A stretch of 64,000 bases of DNA from Escherichia coli (GTDB taxonomy: Bacteria; Pseudomonadota; Gammaproteobacteria; Enterobacterales; Enterobacteriaceae), in NCBI RefSeq assembly GCF_003334385.1, contig NZ_QOWN01000014.1, one strand, 5' to 3'. Positions 37,260 through 49,259 of the stretch are shown here, in pieces. A program made the translations under genes and the position numbers. The stretch's first letter is position 1. The number at the start of each line of letters is the position of its first letter. The notes under the pieces are model-generated. The model was not told the DNA's origin. It did no database searches and was given only the letters and a program-made list of their open reading frames with translations.

Positions 37260-39356
37260 TTAGCGGAAATTGACGCTACGGTCGCTGGTCATGTCATACA
37301 ACTGGAACTTACGCCCAAGTTGTTGACCACCGTCACGCGTCAGCGGCGTCCAGCCAATCGCCGCACGGCTGCGTGTCGGGCCAGACGAGAAGAGATCCAA
37401 CGGTACCGAGACATACACGCCTTTGGTGAAGTCCCCTTCGCCGTACTCCTCTTTCGAAACATTAGTGATCGTGGCATAGCCACCCACCACCACGCCGCTA
37501 TCAAAGCGTTTGGCGATCTCCAGCGTGCCGCCTTTATCCCCTGCCAGATACTGCCCGACGCTGGCTTTAACTAACACATCCTGAGCGAAAGATGGCGTCC
37601 AGTAGGCGGTCAGATGTCCGGTTTTCACGCTGTAGTCGGTGAATTTCATCATATCTTTTGCACTACGCCAGTCGCGCTGTTTAACGTAGTTGGCATCCAG
37701 ACCAAACGCCCAGTTGCTGTCCAGCGGGCGATACAACACTTCTGCCCCCGCACCGCCAAACATGGTTTCGAGATAACCACCGTAGACCTGACCGTAGAAG
37801 CCGTTGCCCAGATGCTGGAAGTAGTTGGCTTGCAGGTTATTCACATAGACATCGTTCTGCACATACTCGCGCACATGGGTACGCACGCGCGGTAAGTGCG
37901 AGTCCTGCGGAGGATTAGTGTAGTTAAACTTGTCGTAGTTGTTGGCAAGATTTGCAAACAGGCTGCCGGTGGTCAGCAGATGGTCCGTCAGCCACAAATC
38001 TGCCGTTCCCATCACGCCCAGCTGATACATGTAAAAGTTTTCCGGGCCACCGACCGACTGGTTCAGCACCGGATCGATATGGAAATCAAAGCGTGATTTG
38101 TCGATATACCAGCCCTGCTCGGTGGACTGCGGAACCACTGGCTCGACGCGTTTTTGCGCCAGCGTCGTTTCGTGGCCCAACGGCTCTCCGGCGAGATGAT
38201 TTTTCAGGCTGGCGACATCGGTTTCCGTCGTCGCCTGCGGCATGTTAAGGCGATTTTCCGTAATGCGGATCGTTTTGATCCCATCCGGCAGATCGTTCAT
38301 CACGATCCGATTCGCACGGATGATCCCTTCGCGCGAATCACGATATTTCACCTGCTCGCCGGTAACATACAGCGTATCGCCTTTCGCCTGGATCTGTGGA
38401 TCGGCAAGTCCGGCATTGTATTTCAACAGCGTTAACTGATTCGCCACCACCGAATGCTGCAAAATGGCATCCTGCGGCTGCGGTTGATATTGCGGGCGGG
38501 CGTTATCGTTGTAAGACGGGCGCAGATCGTTAAAGTTGGTGCGCAACGTAACGCCAAACATAAAGGTGTTGCCACGTTCATAGCTAAGGTTAACGTCGGC
38601 CCAATCGGTAACGCGATAAATCGCACCGACGTTAAACTTACTTTTTTGCTCCAGCTTCCCGGCAAAATCCTGCTGATAATTATTGCCTTCATACTCCAGT
38701 TTCAGGCGCAGCGGTTGCCAGGGCGTCTGGTATTCCACGCCGCCAAACAGTGAGGCAGGACCGTGGAACATCTGGCTACCGTCGATAGATCCCGCCTGTT
38801 TGTAGCTGTTATCGCGATAGCAATATTTATCACTGGCTGAACAGAGCGGATTTTTCACATTACCGCTGGTGCCCAAATATCCCCAGCCCAGGCCGAGCGT
38901 AAAATCGAACGGCCCCCAGGCTTTGCTGGCAACAAGATATTCCGCATCAAACAGCCCCGTACCGCCGATATCCCGCGCACCAACCGCCACTTGCGGCAGC
39001 CAGTAACTCTCTTCCCACAAACGCAGTTTGAGATCGAAGGCTTTATCTTTATACGTTTGATCGCCAGAGAACGCTTCGACGCTGCTGTACTGCCGGGTGC
39101 GCACGTCGGTGTAGCGCAGCGTTGTTTCCAGCCACGGGAAGAGTTGCACTGAAGCTGAGTAATAACGGTACTGATCGTTATCGCGATAGTTCAGGCTCAA
39201 CTCCCCTTCCCGCGCCATGCGTGCGGTGGGCGTTTGTAATAATCCTACGCCACCGAAATCCGACTGCGACGGGCCAATGGGCGCAGGATATGTTTCGCCG
39301 TAGCAAGCCATGCTAATGCCCAGCGCCAGTAAGCTAAGCAGATGTCTTTTTTTCAT
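37260..39356 (-). CDS. yjbH: outer-membrane lipoprotein-like YjbH (698 aa)
   Basis: 698-aa ORF with [20 protein letters not shown] signal, C-terminal aromatic residue; start ATG overlaps yjbG stop (TAATG). Confidence 0.9.
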   Translation of the reverse strand: MKKRHLLSLLALGISMACYGETYPAPIGPSQSDFGGVGLLQTPTARMAREGELSLNYRDNDQYRYYSASVQLFPWLETTLRYTDVRTRQYSSVEAFSGDQTYKDKAFDLKLRLWEESYWLPQVAVGARDIGGTGLFDAEYLVASKAWGPFDFTLGLGWGYLGTSGNVKNPLCSASDKYCYRDNSYKQAGSIDGSQMFHGPASLFGGVEYQTPWQPLRLKLEYEGNNYQQDFAGKLEQKSKFNVGAIYRVTDWADVNLSYERGNTFMFGVTLRTNFNDLRPSYNDNARPQYQPQPQDAILQHSVVANQLTLLKYNAGLADPQIQAKGDTLYVTGEQVKYRDSREGIIRANRIVMNDLPDGIKTIRITENRLNMPQATTETDVASLKNHLAGEPLGHETTLAQKRVEPVVPQSTEQGWYIDKSRFDFHIDPVLNQSVGGPENFYMYQLGVMGTADLWLTDHLLTTGSLFANLANNYDKFNYTNPPQDSHLPRVRTHVREYVQNDVYVNNLQANYFQHLGNGFYGQVYGGYLETMFGGAGAEVLYRPLDSNWAFGLDANYVKQRDWRSAKDMMKFTDYSVKTGHLTAYWTPSFAQDVLVKASVGQYLAGDKGGTLEIAKRFDSGVVVGGYATITNVSKEEYGEGDFTKGVYVSVPLDLFSSGPTRSRAAIGWTPLTRDGGQQLGRKFQLYDMTSDRSVNFR

Positions 39357-40093
39357 TATTGAGGTATCCGCTGCGTCAGAGTCTGAAGAATGTCGGCGTT
39401 AAGGGCATCAGGCGTCTCACTCCAGACGGAGTCCGCGAGGCCAACATAAATAATGCTGCCGGGCATCGGCTCTACGTGACGCTTGTTCCAGTAAGCCACC
39501 GGCGCTTTTTGCGTGCGTCCGTCCGGGTAAACCACCCACGCGTAGCTGCGATCCGCACCGCTGAGCAGGCTCTGGTCAGAGAGATAGCTCGCCACGTCGC
39601 GACCTGGAGTGAATGGCTGCTTGCCAGGACGGCTGATAAGCCCGAACAACGTGACCGTGGACGGCGGTGGTCCGACCCACAGCGTGTAGTTGCCCTGCAA
39701 CGGCGGGTTACCGCGTTCGGCAACGCGGACGATATCGGGATCAAGATTGATTTTTTGCCTGCCCGTCACTTTCAACGCCTGAATTTGCTGGCGTAAGGCG
39801 TTAATCGCAGCGGCATCGTCGGCGCTGGAATCTGCGCCCTGTTCTGCCAGCCGTGTCAGCAACGCCTGCTGCTGACGCAATGCTGCCGCCGTTGCCAGCT
39901 CTTCGCTAATCACCGCACCGGGCCACCAGCTGTTTGCCAGCCGCGGTTGGCCTACCAGATCGATTAAATGCTCTGCGCCCGTTAGCGTTTTGGCCTCACT
40001 GCTGCCATTGCTGAACACCTTGACGGTTCCTGCCGCGAAGACCGATGACGCTCCCACACTCAAAAGCAACGCGACAATAGTTTGTTTAATCAT
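39356..40093 (-). CDS. yjbG: periplasmic protein YjbG (245 aa)
   Basis: [26 protein letters not shown] signal peptide; ATGA start/stop overlap with yjbF. Confidence 0.85.
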   Translation of the reverse strand: MIKQTIVALLLSVGASSVFAAGTVKVFSNGSSEAKTLTGAEHLIDLVGQPRLANSWWPGAVISEELATAAALRQQQALLTRLAEQGADSSADDAAAINALRQQIQALKVTGRQKINLDPDIVRVAERGNPPLQGNYTLWVGPPPSTVTLFGLISRPGKQPFTPGRDVASYLSDQSLLSGADRSYAWVVYPDGRTQKAPVAYWNKRHVEPMPGSIIYVGLADSVWSETPDALNADILQTLTQRIPQ

Positions 40094-40728
40094 TGTTTTG
40101 CCGCCTTGATGAGAGTGGTTTTCACCGGAAAATAATCCGCGCCGAGATACTGTTCCGACTGGCGAATTTGCCCTTCGCTGTCGATCCAATAGCGGTTATG
40201 CCAGCGCGCCTGGTCGGTGGAGACTTCTTCGTCCAGCACGCGAACCGGGGTTTCATCGCTGCCGACTTTGACGGTATCGGTGCCATCCCATTTGAAGACT
40301 GAGCGTGCGGTGGCGTAGCGTACCTGCTGGTACTCGGTCCAGCCCATCGTGCGCGTCCAGCTTGCGCCATCAACGATTTGTGCGGGTTTAATCAGCGGGT
40401 CGGCAGCAAGGTTATTCACTTCAATCAGGTTGTCGCCGCCGAGCAGAGTCTTCACCAGACGGCCATGTTGGGTAACGAGAGTAGCCTGATCCTGAGTGAC
40501 CCATTTTTGTTGTCCGTCTTCAGCGAAGGCCAGCACCACAAATAACTGCGGCCCGCCATTAAGCTGCATGTACTGGCTGGCGTAGGGCATATTTTGAATA
40601 TCATCATCCGTCAGCTGTACGCCTGGCGGGCCGAACAGACTGTCCCACAGTGAATTGCCCAGCTCTTTAGTCGTGGCTGAACAGGCCTGTAATAGCAGGC
40701 AGATAAGAATGAGTGCAGGTCGCTTCAC
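40090..40728 (-). CDS. yjbF: lipoprotein YjbF (212 aa, GTG start)
   Basis: VKRPALILICLLLQACS lipoprotein signal peptide with lipobox LQAC; GGAG 7 nt upstream of the GTG. Confidence 0.8.
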   Translation of the reverse strand: MKRPALILICLLLQACSATTKELGNSLWDSLFGPPGVQLTDDDIQNMPYASQYMQLNGGPQLFVVLAFAEDGQQKWVTQDQATLVTQHGRLVKTLLGGDNLIEVNNLAADPLIKPAQIVDGASWTRTMGWTEYQQVRYATARSVFKWDGTDTVKVGSDETPVRVLDEEVSTDQARWHNRYWIDSEGQIRQSEQYLGADYFPVKTTLIKAAKQ

Positions 40729-40841
40729 GACTCTTCTCCAGAGGGGCAGAATAACCACACCGGAGTGTGGTTATGGTAAATCCCTTCATACTTCAAGCCA
40801 CAGATGCAATGACTCAAATTATTTTGGGGATACATACTTTA

Positions 40842-41084
40842 TTACTGGGTACTGGTGGTCGTGGTTGTGGTGGTCCCGGTATTAGAACCATCACCGCCAC
40901 CGGTTGCCGCGAGCGCGACACCCACCGCCGAGCTTACGGTGCTGACGCTGGTCGCGGAGGAACTCCCCGCCGAAACCGACGTTGCTGCCGACCCTGCCGC
41001 TTCGCCCACCTGTACAGGTGCAGCCCACGCAGAAGTCGCCGCAAGCGCAGATATGGCAAAAATGCCATACAGAACTTTTTTCAT
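40842..41084 (-). CDS. yjbE: secreted low-complexity protein YjbE (80 aa)
   Basis: [23 protein letters not shown] signal peptide followed by Gly/Ala/Ser-rich sequence and a poly-Thr run ([10 protein letters not shown]). Confidence 0.8.
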
Positions 41085-41492
41085 AACAATTTCCCTTCAT
41101 TGAATGAATGGAGATTTACCCAAAAACATTTCGGGCGGGATCGAGTATACACAACTAAAGCATGCGAATTACGGCGCGGGGAATTAGCGATGGCGTTTTA
41201 GGATAATTGGAATGAATATCAAATATAAGTTTCAACCTATATTTAAATAACAATAAAAATCATAAACTTAAAATAAAAACAAAAGCAATTAATCTGCGTA
41301 TTTTCCGAAATAAACAACGATTAAAAATCTATTTTAGGATTAACCTCACGGTATGATTTCCGTTAAATTACAGACAAGGGGATTTATCTGATAAAAAAAT
41401 GCCGACATAACGTCGGCATTGTTATTAAGGTTATTTAATCAATCGTGCTATGTATTAATTGCCGAATACGATGTACATATCGGCATCGACCT

Positions 41493-41570
41493 GTAGGCCT
41501 GATAAGACGCGACCGCGTCGCATCAGGCATCGGTTGCCGGATGCGGCGTGAACGCCTTATCCGGCCTACA
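41493..41570. repeat. REP pair downstream of pgi
   Basis: gtaggcctgataagacgcgaccgcgtcgcatcaggc and gccggatgcggcgtgaacgccttatccggcctaca. Confidence 0.8.
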
Positions 41571-41582
41571 TATCGACGATGA

Positions 41583-43232
41583 TTAACCGCGCCACGCTTT
41601 ATAGCGGTTAATCAGACCATTGGTCGAGCTATCGTGGCTGCTGATTTCTTTATCATCTTTCAGCTCTGGCAGAATACGGTTCGCCAGCTGTTTACCCAGT
41701 TCCACGCCCCACTGGTCGAAGGTGAAGATGTTCAGGATCACGCCCTGAGTAAAGATTTTGTGCTCATACAGCGCAATCAACGCACCCAGGCTGAACGGAG
41801 TGATTTCACGCAGCAGGATGGAGTTGGTCGGGCGGTTACCTTCGAATACTTTGAACGGCACCACGTAGTCAAGCGTTGCCGGATCTTTACCCTGATCACG
41901 ATATTCCTGCTCAACCACTTCGCGGGATTTACCAAACGCCAGCGCTTCGGTCTGGGCGAAGAAGTTAGACAGCAGTTTCTGGTGATGATCAGAGAGCGGG
42001 TTATGGGTGATAGCCGGAGCGATGAAATCGCACGGTACCATTTTGGTTCCCTGGTGGATCAGCTGGTAGAACGCGTGCTGACCGTTAGTGCCTGGTTCAC
42101 CCCAGATAATCGGGCCAGTCTGGTAATCCACAACGTTACCGTTACGGTCAACATACTTACCGTTGGACTCCATATTGCCCTGCTGGAAGTACGCCGCGAA
42201 ACGGTGCATATACTGGTCATACGGCAGAATCGCTTCAGTTTCCGCACCAAAGAAATTGTTGTACCAGATGCCAATCAGCGCCAGCAGTACAGGCAGGTTT
42301 TTCTCGGCAGGCGTGGTGGAGAAATGCTTGTCCATCGCGTGTGCGCCGGAAAGCAGTTCAACGAAGTTATCAAAGCCGATGGAGAGAACAATCGACAGGC
42401 CAATCGCTGACCACAAAGAGTAACGGCCGCCAACCCAGTCCCAGAACTCGAACATGTTGGCAGTATCAATACCAAACTCGCCAACGGCTTTGGCATTGGT
42501 GGAAAGCGCCGCAAAGTGTTTTGCAACGTGTTTTTCATCACCTGCCGCTTTCAGGAACCAGTCACGCGCGCTATGGGCGTTGGTCATAGTTTCCTGAGTG
42601 GTGAAGGTTTTAGATGCTACCAGGAACAGCGTGGTTTCCGGGTTTACTTTTTTCAGCACTTCCGCGATGTGAGTCCCATCGACGTTAGAAACAAAGTGCA
42701 TGTTCAGGTGGTTTTTGTACGGACGCAGAGCTTCGGTCACCATGTATGGGCCGAGGTCAGAACCGCCGATCCCGATGTTCACTACGTCAGTGATTGCTTT
42801 GCCGGTATAACCTTTCCACTCACCGGAAATAATCGCTTCTGAGAAGGTTTTCATCTTCTCCAGCACCGCGTTGACTTCCGGCATTACGTCTTTGCCATCA
42901 ACCAAAATCGGGGTATTGCTACGGTTACGCAGCGCTACGTGCAGCACGGCGCGGTTTTCAGTGCGGTTGATCTTCTCGCCAGAGAACATCGACTTAATCG
43001 CGCCCGCCAGATCGCACTCTTTCGCCAGATCCTGTAATTTCGCCAGCGTCTCTTCAGTGATGCGGTTTTTGGAGTAATCCACCAGCATCTGATCGTCGAA
43101 GGTTGCGGAGAACTTAGAAAAACGATCGCCGTCTTTAGCAAAAAGATCGGCGATCGTAACGTCTTTCATTTCATCGAAGTGTTTCTGTAGTGCCTGCCAG
43201 GCAGCGGTCTGCGTTGGATTGATGTTTTTCAT
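41583..43232 (-). CDS. pgi: glucose-6-phosphate isomerase Pgi (549 aa)
   Basis: [58 protein letters not shown]... PGI family. Confidence 0.97.
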
Positions 43233-43467
43233 TAGCAATACTCTTCTGATTTTGAGAATTGTGACTTTGGAAGATTGTAGCGCCAGTCACAGAAAAATGT
43301 GATGGTTTTAGTGCCGTTAGCGTAATGTTGAGTGTAAACCCTTAGCGCAGTGAAGCATTTATTAGCTGAACTACTGACCGCCAGGAGTGGATGAAAAATC
43401 CGCATGACCCCATCGTTGACAACCGCCCCGCTCACCCTTTATTTATAAATGTACTACCTGCGCTAGC

Positions 43468-43660
43468 GCAGGCCAGAAGAGGCGCGTTGCCCAAGTAACG
43501 GTGTTGGAGGAGCCAGTCCTGTGATAACACCTGAGGGGGTGCATCGCCGAGGTGATTGAACGGCTGGCCACGTTCATCATCGGCTACAGGGGCTGAATCC
43601 CCTGGGTTGTCACCAGAAGCGTTCGCAGTCGGGCGTTTCGCAAGTGGTGGAGCACTTCTG
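43468..43660 (+). ncRNA. lysine riboswitch (LYS element / L box) in the lysC leader
   Basis: Conserved L-box core GAGGCGC...GTTGGAGGAGCCAG...GGGGTGCATCGCCGAGG...GGCTGAATCCCCTGGG in the 5' UTR of lysC; coordinates approximate. Confidence 0.8.
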
Positions 43661-43756
43661 GGTGAAAATAGTAGCGAAGTATCGCTCTGCGCCCACCCGT
43701 CTTCCGCTCTTCCCTTGTGCCAAGGCTGAAAATGGATCCCCTGACACGAGGTAGTT

Positions 43757-45106
43757 ATGTCTGAAATTGTTGTCTCCAAATTTGGCGGTACCAGCGTAGC
43801 TGATTTTGACGCCATGAACCGCAGCGCTGATATTGTGCTTTCTGATGCCAACGTGCGTTTAGTTGTCCTCTCGGCTTCTGCTGGTATCACTAATCTGCTG
43901 GTCGCTTTAGCTGAAGGACTGGAACCTGGCGAGCGATTCGAAAAACTCGACGCTATCCGCAACATCCAGTTTGCCATTCTGGAACGTCTGCGTTACCCGA
44001 ACGTTATCCGTGAAGAGATTGAACGTCTGCTGGAGAACATTACTGTTCTGGCAGAAGCGGCGGCGCTGGCAACGTCTCCGGCGCTGACAGATGAGCTGGT
44101 CAGCCACGGCGAGCTGATGTCGACCCTGCTGTTTGTTGAGATCCTGCGCGAACGCGATGTTCAGGCACAGTGGTTTGATGTACGTAAAGTGATGCGTACC
44201 AACGACCGATTTGGTCGTGCAGAGCCAGATATAGCCGCGCTGGCGGAACTGGCCGCGCTGCAGCTGCTCCCACGTCTCAATGAAGGCTTAGTGATCACCC
44301 AGGGATTTATCGGTAGCGAAAATAAAGGTCGTACAACGACGCTTGGCCGTGGAGGCAGCGATTATACGGCAGCCTTGCTGGCGGAGGCTTTACACGCATC
44401 TCGTGTTGATATCTGGACCGACGTCCCGGGCATCTACACCACCGATCCACGCGTAGTTTCCGCAGCAAAACGCATTGATGAAATCGCGTTTGCCGAAGCG
44501 GCAGAGATGGCAACTTTTGGTGCAAAAGTACTGCATCCGGCAACGTTGCTACCCGCAGTACGCAGCGATATCCCGGTCTTTGTCGGCTCCAGCAAAGACC
44601 CACGCGCAGGTGGTACGCTGGTGTGCAATAAAACTGAAAATCCGCCGCTGTTCCGCGCTCTGGCGCTTCGTCGCAATCAGACTCTGCTCACTTTGCACAG
44701 CCTGAATATGCTGCATTCTCGCGGTTTCCTCGCGGAAGTTTTCGGCATCCTCGCGCGGCATAATATTTCGGTAGACTTAATCACCACGTCAGAAGTGAGC
44801 GTGGCATTAACCCTTGATACCACCGGTTCAACCTCCACTGGCGATACGTTGCTGACGCAATCTCTGCTGATGGAGCTTTCCGCACTGTGTCGGGTGGAGG
44901 TGGAAGAAGGTCTGGCGCTGGTCGCGTTGATTGGCAATGACCTGTCAAAAGCCTGCGGCGTTGGCAAAGAGGTATTCGGCGTACTGGAACCGTTCAACAT
45001 TCGCATGATTTGTTATGGCGCATCCAGCCATAACCTGTGCTTCCTAGTGCCCGGCGAAGATGCCGAGCAGGTGGTGCAAAAACTGCATAGTAATTTGTTT
45101 GAGTAA
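43757..45106 (+). CDS. lysC: lysine-sensitive aspartokinase III LysC (449 aa)
   Basis: MSEIVVSKFGGTSVADFDAMNRSADIVL... aspartokinase with C-terminal ACT domains. Confidence 0.97.
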   Translation: MSEIVVSKFGGTSVADFDAMNRSADIVLSDANVRLVVLSASAGITNLLVALAEGLEPGERFEKLDAIRNIQFAILERLRYPNVIREEIERLLENITVLAEAAALATSPALTDELVSHGELMSTLLFVEILRERDVQAQWFDVRKVMRTNDRFGRAEPDIAALAELAALQLLPRLNEGLVITQGFIGSENKGRTTTLGRGGSDYTAALLAEALHASRVDIWTDVPGIYTTDPRVVSAAKRIDEIAFAEAAEMATFGAKVLHPATLLPAVRSDIPVFVGSSKDPRAGGTLVCNKTENPPLFRALALRRNQTLLTLHSLNMLHSRGFLAEVFGILARHNISVDLITTSEVSVALTLDTTGSTSTGDTLLTQSLLMELSALCRVEVEEGLALVALIGNDLSKACGVGKEVFGVLEPFNIRMICYGASSHNLCFLVPGEDAEQVVQKLHSNLFE

Positions 45107-45358
45107 ATACTGTATGGCCTGGAAGCTATATTTCGGGCCGTATTGATTTTCTTGTCACTATGCTCATCAATAAACGAGCCTGTACTCTGTTAACCAGCGT
45201 CTTTATCGGAGAATAATTGCCTTTAATTTTTTTATCTGCATCTCTAATTAATTATCGAAAGAGATAAATAGTTAAGAGAAGGCAAAATGAATATTATCAG
45301 TTCTGCTCGCAAACGAATTCCCGTACACTGAACTCTCTGGCTCACTGAGGGCACCATC

Positions 45359-45631
45359 ATGGCACTCCCCCGTATTACCCAAAAAGAGATGACTGAACGC
45401 GAGCAGCGTGAACTTAAAACACTGCTGGATCGGGCGCGGATTGCGCATGGTCGCGTATTGACCAACTCCGAAACCAACAGCATTAAGAAAGATTACATCG
45501 ATAAATTAATGGTTGAGCGTGAGGCTGAAGCGAAAAAAGCCCGCCAGTTGAAGAAAAAGCAGGCTTATAAACCGGATCCTGAAGCGTCATTTAGCTGGTC
45601 AGCAAATACGTCGACGCGCGGCAGGCGCTAA
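45359..45631 (+). CDS. yjbD: uncharacterized protein YjbD (90 aa, DUF3811-like)
   Basis: 90-aa highly charged ORF MALPRITQKEMTEREQRELKTLLDRARIAHGR... Confidence 0.7.
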   Translation: MALPRITQKEMTEREQRELKTLLDRARIAHGRVLTNSETNSIKKDYIDKLMVEREAEAKKARQLKKKQAYKPDPEASFSWSANTSTRGRR

Positions 45632-45763
45632 TCCACAATCAACGCCTGAGATTTTCACTCGTCAGTGTGAACACAATTTTCCCCTCACCCTAACCCTTTT
45701 CCCGAAGGGGCGAGGGGACTGTCCGGGCACTTTTGGGCCGTTTTCATCAGTCTGAGGCGTTAA

Positions 45764-46636
45764 TCAGCGCCCCTTCTTTTTACGCCCCGGCGAGGTAAAA
45801 CGCTTACCGTTGGACGCCGGGCGACCGCCTTTTTCCGCCGTTTTTTCCATCTTAACGACTGGACGTTTGATGCCCGCTGTTTTCGGTTTGGCCTTCGCTT
45901 TAGGTTTTACCTCGGAAGAGGAATTTTCAATGAGCTTAAAGAGGTCGATTAACTCATCGTCGGTTAAATCGCGCCATTCCCCCAGCGGAATGCCGCTTAA
46001 GCTAACGTTCATGATGCGCGTGCGTTCCAGCTTTTTCACTTCATAGCCGAAATGCTCGCACATGCGCCGGATCTGACGGTTCAGCCCCTGCACCAGGGTA
46101 ATGCGGAAGACAAACGGCGCTTCTTTTTTAACTTTGCACTTTTTGGTCACTGTCCCGAGGATTGGCACCCCCGCACTCATGCCGCGAATAAACTCCTCGG
46201 TAATCGGTTTATCGACCGTCACCAGATACTCTTTCTCATGATCATTGCCAGCACGCAGGATCTTATTCACCAGATCGCCGTGATTGGTGAGGAAAATCAG
46301 CCCCTGGGAGTCTTTATCCAGGCGGCCAATCGGGAACACGCGTTTGCTGTGGTTAACGAAATCGACAATGTTATCGCGCTCGCCATCTTCGGTGGTGCTT
46401 ACAATACCAACGGGCTTGTTCAGGGCGATAAGTACCAAATCTTCGGCTTCCCGAGGTTCAATCAACTGACCGTTTACTTTCACAACGTCGCCGGGTTTCA
46501 CCTGATCGCCAATGGTGGCTCGCTTGCCATTAAGGAACACATTGCCTTGCTCGATATAGCGATCCGCTTCGCGGCGTGAGCAAATTCCGCTTTCGCTGAT
46601 GTATTTATTTAAACGGACTGATGAGTCGGGCAGCAT
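45764..46636 (-). CDS. rluF: 23S rRNA pseudouridine synthase RluF (290 aa)
   Basis: S4 domain ([31 protein letters not shown]) plus RsuA-type catalytic core ([12 protein letters not shown]); Lys/Arg-rich C-terminal tail. Confidence 0.93.
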
Positions 46637-46847
46637 AAATTCTCCTGTAAAAAACGGAATATACCGTACCTTTGGGTTGATAAAAAATAGTCATGAGCGA
46701 ACTATTTGTTATTTCCATTGGCTTGAATTCGTTACCTGCTCAAATCACTTTCCAGAAGCAATGTGCGACATCGTGAGCCATGTCAGTAAGTGGTTAAATT
46801 CGCAGTGGTAGCATGCCTCCCGTGATTTCTTACTAACCGGAGAAGTA

Positions 46848-47537
46848 ATGGAACTGCTTTTATTGAGTAACTCGACGCTGCCGGGTAAAGCCTGGCTGGA
46901 ACATGCACTGCCGCTAATTGCTGAACAGTTGCAGGGTCGCCGCTCAGCGGTGTTTATCCCTTTCGCTGGCGTAACGCAGACCTGGGATGATTACACAGCG
47001 AAAACGGCTGCGGTTCTCGCTCCGCTGGGTGTTTCTGTCACCGGTATTCATAGCGTTGTCGATCCCGTTGCCGCGATTGAAAATGCTGAGATCGTGATTG
47101 TCGGCGGCGGGAATACTTTCCAGTTGCTGAAACAGTGCCGCGAGCGCGGGCTGCTGGCACCAATTACTGACGTGGTTAAACGTGGCGCTCTGTATATTGG
47201 CTGGAGCGCAGGCGCTAACCTTGCTTGCCCAACTATTCGTACCACCAACGATATGCCGATTGTCGATCCGCAAGGTTTCGATGCGCTAAATCTGTTCCCG
47301 CTGCAAATCAACCCGCACTTCACCAACGCGCTGCCGGAAGGCCATAAAGGTGAAACCCGTGAGCAGCGTATTCGCGAACTGCTGGTCGTCGCGCCAGAAC
47401 TGACGATTATTGGTCTACCGGAAGGTAACTGGATCACAGTGAGTAAAGGTCACGCTACGCTGGGTGGCCCGAACACCACTTATGTGTTTAAGGCTGGTGA
47501 AGAAGCGGTTCCGCTGGAAGCTGGTCACCGTTTTTAA
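46848..47537 (+). CDS. pepE: dipeptidase E (alpha-aspartyl dipeptidase) PepE (229 aa)
   Basis: [28 protein letters not shown]... S51 peptidase with GWSAGAN Ser nucleophile motif. Confidence 0.93.
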
Positions 47538-47544
47538 GTGAATT

Positions 47545-47615
47545 GCCGGATGCATGATCCGGCATCTTGTTCATAGTGCCTGATGCGACGCTTGACGCGT
47601 CTTATCAGGCCTACA
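47545..47615. repeat. palindrome plus REP element between pepE and yjbB
   Basis: gccggatgcatgatccggc palindrome followed by gcctgatgcgacgcttgacgcgtcttatcaggcctaca REP. Confidence 0.7.
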
Positions 47616-47627
47616 GGATTCACAATA

Positions 47628-49259
47628 TTAATACTCGTCCCGTCCTTCATCTTCATCCGGCTGTTCCAGCACACTGTAAGCCACCGAACAAAACAGCGAG
47701 TTCAGGCGCTGCATATCTCCCAGTAAGCCTAAATGTAGCGAACTGGTTTCAATGCTCTGCACGTTTTGCTGATGCAGGCGATCGACGTGGGCGTGGGAAT
47801 AGCGGCGATTAAGAATGCGAAAACGATGTTTGCTGCGACGCAAACGACGAGCGCTGGTGACATCGCCAGAGAAGAACACCGACATTGCCAGCTTTAAATT
47901 ACTGAGCAATTGCTCATAGAGCGCATCCAGTTCCTTCAACCCATCAAGCGAAAATGCCCGCCGTGCTGCCAGTGATTTGTCAGCAATTTCGCTGCCCATG
48001 CGCTCGACGATATCGGAGGCCTGTTCAAGGTTGAGCGACATTTCGATGATCTCTGCCCAGCGGCGCGACTCTTCCTCCGCCAGCTCTTCTTTTGGCATCC
48101 GCGCCAGATACAGCTTAATGGCGGTGTAGAGAACGTTGATATCATCTGCCAGCTTACGCAGCTCTTTCTCCTGCCGTGGCTCACCGTGCATCACTTTATT
48201 CAACCCTTCCATCATCTGTTCCATGGCGTCGCCAATGCGCAGGGTTTCGCGCGCGGCGTTCGCCAGAGCAAGCGTGGGCGTATCCAGCGCGCTGACATCC
48301 AGATGTTTAGGCCGTAGCTGGGTATCCAGTTCCGGTTCATCGCGAATAATCGTTTTGCAAAACCGTGCCATCGGGTCAACAAATGGCAGCATGACCAGGC
48401 AACGTACAAGGTTGTAGAAGACGTGGAAATAGATCACCAGTTCCGCTTTTGGCAATGACAACTTCCCCATTGTCTCTGCCAGCAAATGGACAAACGGCAG
48501 GATAATCAGGCTACCCACCAGCTTAAACAGCAGACTACCCAGCGCGACACGGCGGGCTGCGGCATTGGCGGCACTGTTGTTGAGCATTGCCAGCAGACCG
48601 GAACCGAGGTTAGCACCAATCACCAGACAGAGCGCCACGGGGAAGGAGATAATGCCTGCGGCGGTCAGAGTCGCGGTCAGCAGTACAGCAGCAAGGCTGG
48701 AGTAGCTGATAATGGCGAACATCGCGCCAATCAGCGCATCCAGCAGAATATCGCCGGTCAGCGAGGCAAAGATCACCTGAACGCCGTTTGCCTGGGTGAT
48801 CGGCGTTACGGCCTGCACAATCAACTCCAGCGCTAGCAAAATCAGCCCAAGACCAATACCGACGCGGCCCAGTTGCCCGGCGCGTGACTGTTTGCGTCCG
48901 AGGAAAAAAATCACGCCGATAAAAATAAGTAACGGTGACAGCCAGGATAAGTCGAAGGTGAGAATACGCGCCATTAGCGCCGTCCCGACATCTGCACCCA
49001 GCACAATGACCAGAGCCGGTGCGAGGGCTACCAGATCCTGAGCGACAAACGAGGTCACCAGCATGGTGGTGGCATTACTGCTCTGTACCAGTGCGGTAAC
49101 GCCGATCCCCGCGCAAAAGGCGAGCGGCTTTTTTTCGACGCTCCGGCTAAGGACAGTACGCAAACGCGCGCCGAAGACGCGCATTACGCCGGTTCGAACA
49201 ATATGAGTCCCCCAGACCAGCAGGGCGACGGCAGAAAGCAGGTGAAGCAGCGTTAACAC
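47628..49259 (-). CDS. yjbB: Na+/phosphate symporter-family membrane protein YjbB (543 aa)
   Basis: 543-aa ORF with N-terminal polytopic membrane half and hydrophilic PhoU-like C-terminal half. Confidence 0.9.
   Translation of the reverse strand: MLTLLHLLSAVALLVWGTHIVRTGVMRVFGARLRTVLSRSVEKKPLAFCAGIGVTALVQSSNATTMLVTSFVAQDLVALAPALVIVLGADVGTALMARILTFDLSWLSPLLIFIGVIFFLGRKQSRAGQLGRVGIGLGLILLALELIVQAVTPITQANGVQVIFASLTGDILLDALIGAMFAIISYSSLAAVLLTATLTAAGIISFPVALCLVIGANLGSGLLAMLNNSAANAAARRVALGSLLFKLVGSLIILPFVHLLAETMGKLSLPKAELVIYFHVFYNLVRCLVMLPFVDPMARFCKTIIRDEPELDTQLRPKHLDVSALDTPTLALANAARETLRIGDAMEQMMEGLNKVMHGEPRQEKELRKLADDINVLYTAIKLYLARMPKEELAEEESRRWAEIIEMSLNLEQASDIVERMGSEIADKSLAARRAFSLDGLKELDALYEQLLSNLKLAMSVFFSGDVTSARRLRRSKHRFRILNRRYSHAHVDRLHQQNVQSIETSSLHLGLLGDMQRLNSLFCSVAYSVLEQPDEDEGRDEY

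Noticed and set aside
40855-41103. Plus-strand 82-aa ORF starting [12 protein letters not shown]
   Set aside because: Antisense shadow of the low-complexity yjbE gene; the poly-Val is the reverse-complement reading of the Thr-codon tract.
46599-46811. 70-aa plus-strand ORF in the rluF-pepE intergenic region
   Set aside because: Overlaps the rluF 5' end and promoter region, has no SD and no recognisable features; likely spurious.
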